Origin: Lautropia sp. SCN 70-15
Lineage (GTDB): Bacteria; Pseudomonadota; Gammaproteobacteria; Burkholderiales; Burkholderiaceae_E
Direction: 5' to 3'
DNA length: 38,768 nt
Assembly: GCA_001724315.1 (NCBI GenBank)
Contig: MEEC01000010.1
Coordinates: 1 to 38,768, forward strand
Position numbers and translations under genes: made by a program. Under the pieces are notes generated by a model, which made no database searches, was not told where the DNA came from, and was given only the letters and a program-made list of their open reading frames with translations. Positions 37,526 to 38,768 of the stretch are shown in pieces (position 1 is the stretch's first letter; each line of letters opens with the position of its first letter).

Positions 37526-38527
37526 ATGAAATACCGCAGACTCGGCCGCAGCAACCTCCAGGTCTCCGAATTGTGCCTGGGCACGATGATGTTCGGCGAC
37601 CAGACCGACGAGAAGGAATCGGCGGCCATCCTCGACTGCTGTCGCGCGCACGGCGTGAACTTCGTCGACACGGCCGACGTGTACACGCTGGGCGCCTCGG
37701 AGGCCATCCTGGGCCGGCTGATGAAGGCCGACCGGCACGACTGGGTGCTGGCCAGCAAGGTCGGCAATGCGATGAGCGACCGCAAGAACCAGGTCCGCTA
37801 CTCGCGCAAGTGGATGCTCCAGGAGCTCGACGCCAGCCTGGACCGCCTGCAGACCGACTACCTCGACGTCTGGTACCTGCACCGCGACTTCCCCGGCACG
37901 AACGACGAAGAGGCGCTGCGCGCGATCGACGACGCGATCCGCGCCGGCAAGGTCCGCTACTGGGGCGTGTCGAACTTCCGCGGCTGGCGCATCGCCGAGC
38001 TCGTGCACCTGGCCCGTGACCTCGGCATGCCGGCCCCCGCGGTCTGCCAGCCCTACTACAACCTGCTGAACCGCCAGCCCGAGGTCGAGGTGCTGCCCGC
38101 CTGCGACCACTACGGCCTGGGCGTGGCGCCCTACAGTCCGGTGGCGCGCGGCGTGCTCACCGGCAAGTACCAGCCTGGCAGCGCGCCCCCCGAGGGCACG
38201 CGCGCGGCGCGCGGCGACAAGCGCATTCTCGAGACCGAGTGGCGCGAGGAGTCGCTGGTCATCGCGCAGAAGCTCAAGGCGCACGCCGAGGCGCGCGGCA
38301 TCACGCTGCTGCAGTTCGCGGTGGCCTGGCTGCTGGCCAATCGCACGATCAGCTCGGTGATCGCCGGGCCCAAGACCCTCGCCCAGTTCCGCGACTACTT
38401 CGCCGCGGTCGACTACGCCTGGACCGATGCGGACGAGGCGATCGTGGACGACCTGGTGGTGCCGGGGCATGCGTCCACGCCCGGCTACCACGACCCGCAG
38501 TACCCGTTCTTCGGTCGCCGCCGTTGA
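37526..38527 (+). CDS. Aldo-keto reductase (NADPH-dependent)
   Basis: MKYRRLGRS.L.VSELCLGTM, catalytic tetrad in DTADVY / ASK / YLH, GKVRYWGVSN, PYSPVARGVLTGKY. Confidence 0.95.
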   Translation: MKYRRLGRSNLQVSELCLGTMMFGDQTDEKESAAILDCCRAHGVNFVDTADVYTLGASEAILGRLMKADRHDWVLASKVGNAMSDRKNQVRYSRKWMLQELDASLDRLQTDYLDVWYLHRDFPGTNDEEALRAIDDAIRAGKVRYWGVSNFRGWRIAELVHLARDLGMPAPAVCQPYYNLLNRQPEVEVLPACDHYGLGVAPYSPVARGVLTGKYQPGSAPPEGTRAARGDKRILETEWREESLVIAQKLKAHAEARGITLLQFAVAWLLANRTISSVIAGPKTLAQFRDYFAAVDYAWTDADEAIVDDLVVPGHASTPGYHDPQYPFFGRRR

Positions 38528-38768
38528 AGCTCCTGCGGCGCAGCTGGCCCTGGTGGGTGGTGCTCGGCGTGGTCCTGGCGGGGCTGGCGCTGTGGGGGCT
38601 GCAGCGCGCGCGTGAGGTCGAGGTGGTCGCCGTGACCCGCGGGCCGGTGGTGCAGTCCATCGTCGCCACGGGCCGGGTGGACACGCCGGCGCGCATCACG
38701 ATCTCCAGCCAGTCGGCCGCGCGGATCGAGGAAGTGCTGGCGCGCGAGGGCGATCGGGTGAGTGCCGG
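38524..38768 (+). CDS. Efflux transporter periplasmic adaptor (membrane-fusion protein), N-terminal part
   Basis: Not in the ORF track. From TTG 38524 (TTGA overlap with the AKR stop): MKLLRRSWPWWVVLGVVLAGLALWGLQRAREVEVVAVTRGPVVQSIVATGRV...RIEEVLAREGDRV, an N-terminal TM followed by beta-barrel/lipoyl motifs. Confidence 0.82.
   Translation, partial: MKLLRRSWPWWVVLGVVLAGLALWGLQRAREVEVVAVTRGPVVQSIVATGRVDTPARITISSQSAARIEEVLAREGDRVSA

Overview
GC-rich betaproteobacterial DNA (Burkholderiales-like, inferred from protein similarity and the FlhDC-type hierarchy). About 33.4 kb (1-33356) is a compact, apparently intact flagellar cluster. On the minus strand are fliM(partial)-fliL-fliK-fliJ-fliI-fliH-fliG-fliF; on plus, fliE; on minus, ycgR-fliT-fliS-fliD-fliC; on plus, flhDC-motAB-flhB-flhA-flhF-flhG-like-fliA; on minus, flgN-flgM-flgA; and on plus, flgBCDEFGHIJKL. 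Both promoter tiers can be read from the sequence: four FlhDC-box class II promoter regions and four sigma28 promoters. Three oddities stand out in this cluster: no chemotaxis genes between motB and flhB, a diverged FliM N-terminus, and an FlhG-like protein that has lost its P-loop. The right 5.4 kb holds the best candidate for an undescribed system. An OmpR-family regulator, a HAMP histidine kinase and dinB (Pol IV) overlap in a translationally coupled chain. They sit head-to-head with an ECF sigma factor that has no adjacent anti-sigma gene, and three 11-bp-periodic direct repeats lie between them. An aldo-keto reductase and the start of an efflux membrane-fusion protein follow. No RNA genes, CRISPR arrays or mobile elements were seen.
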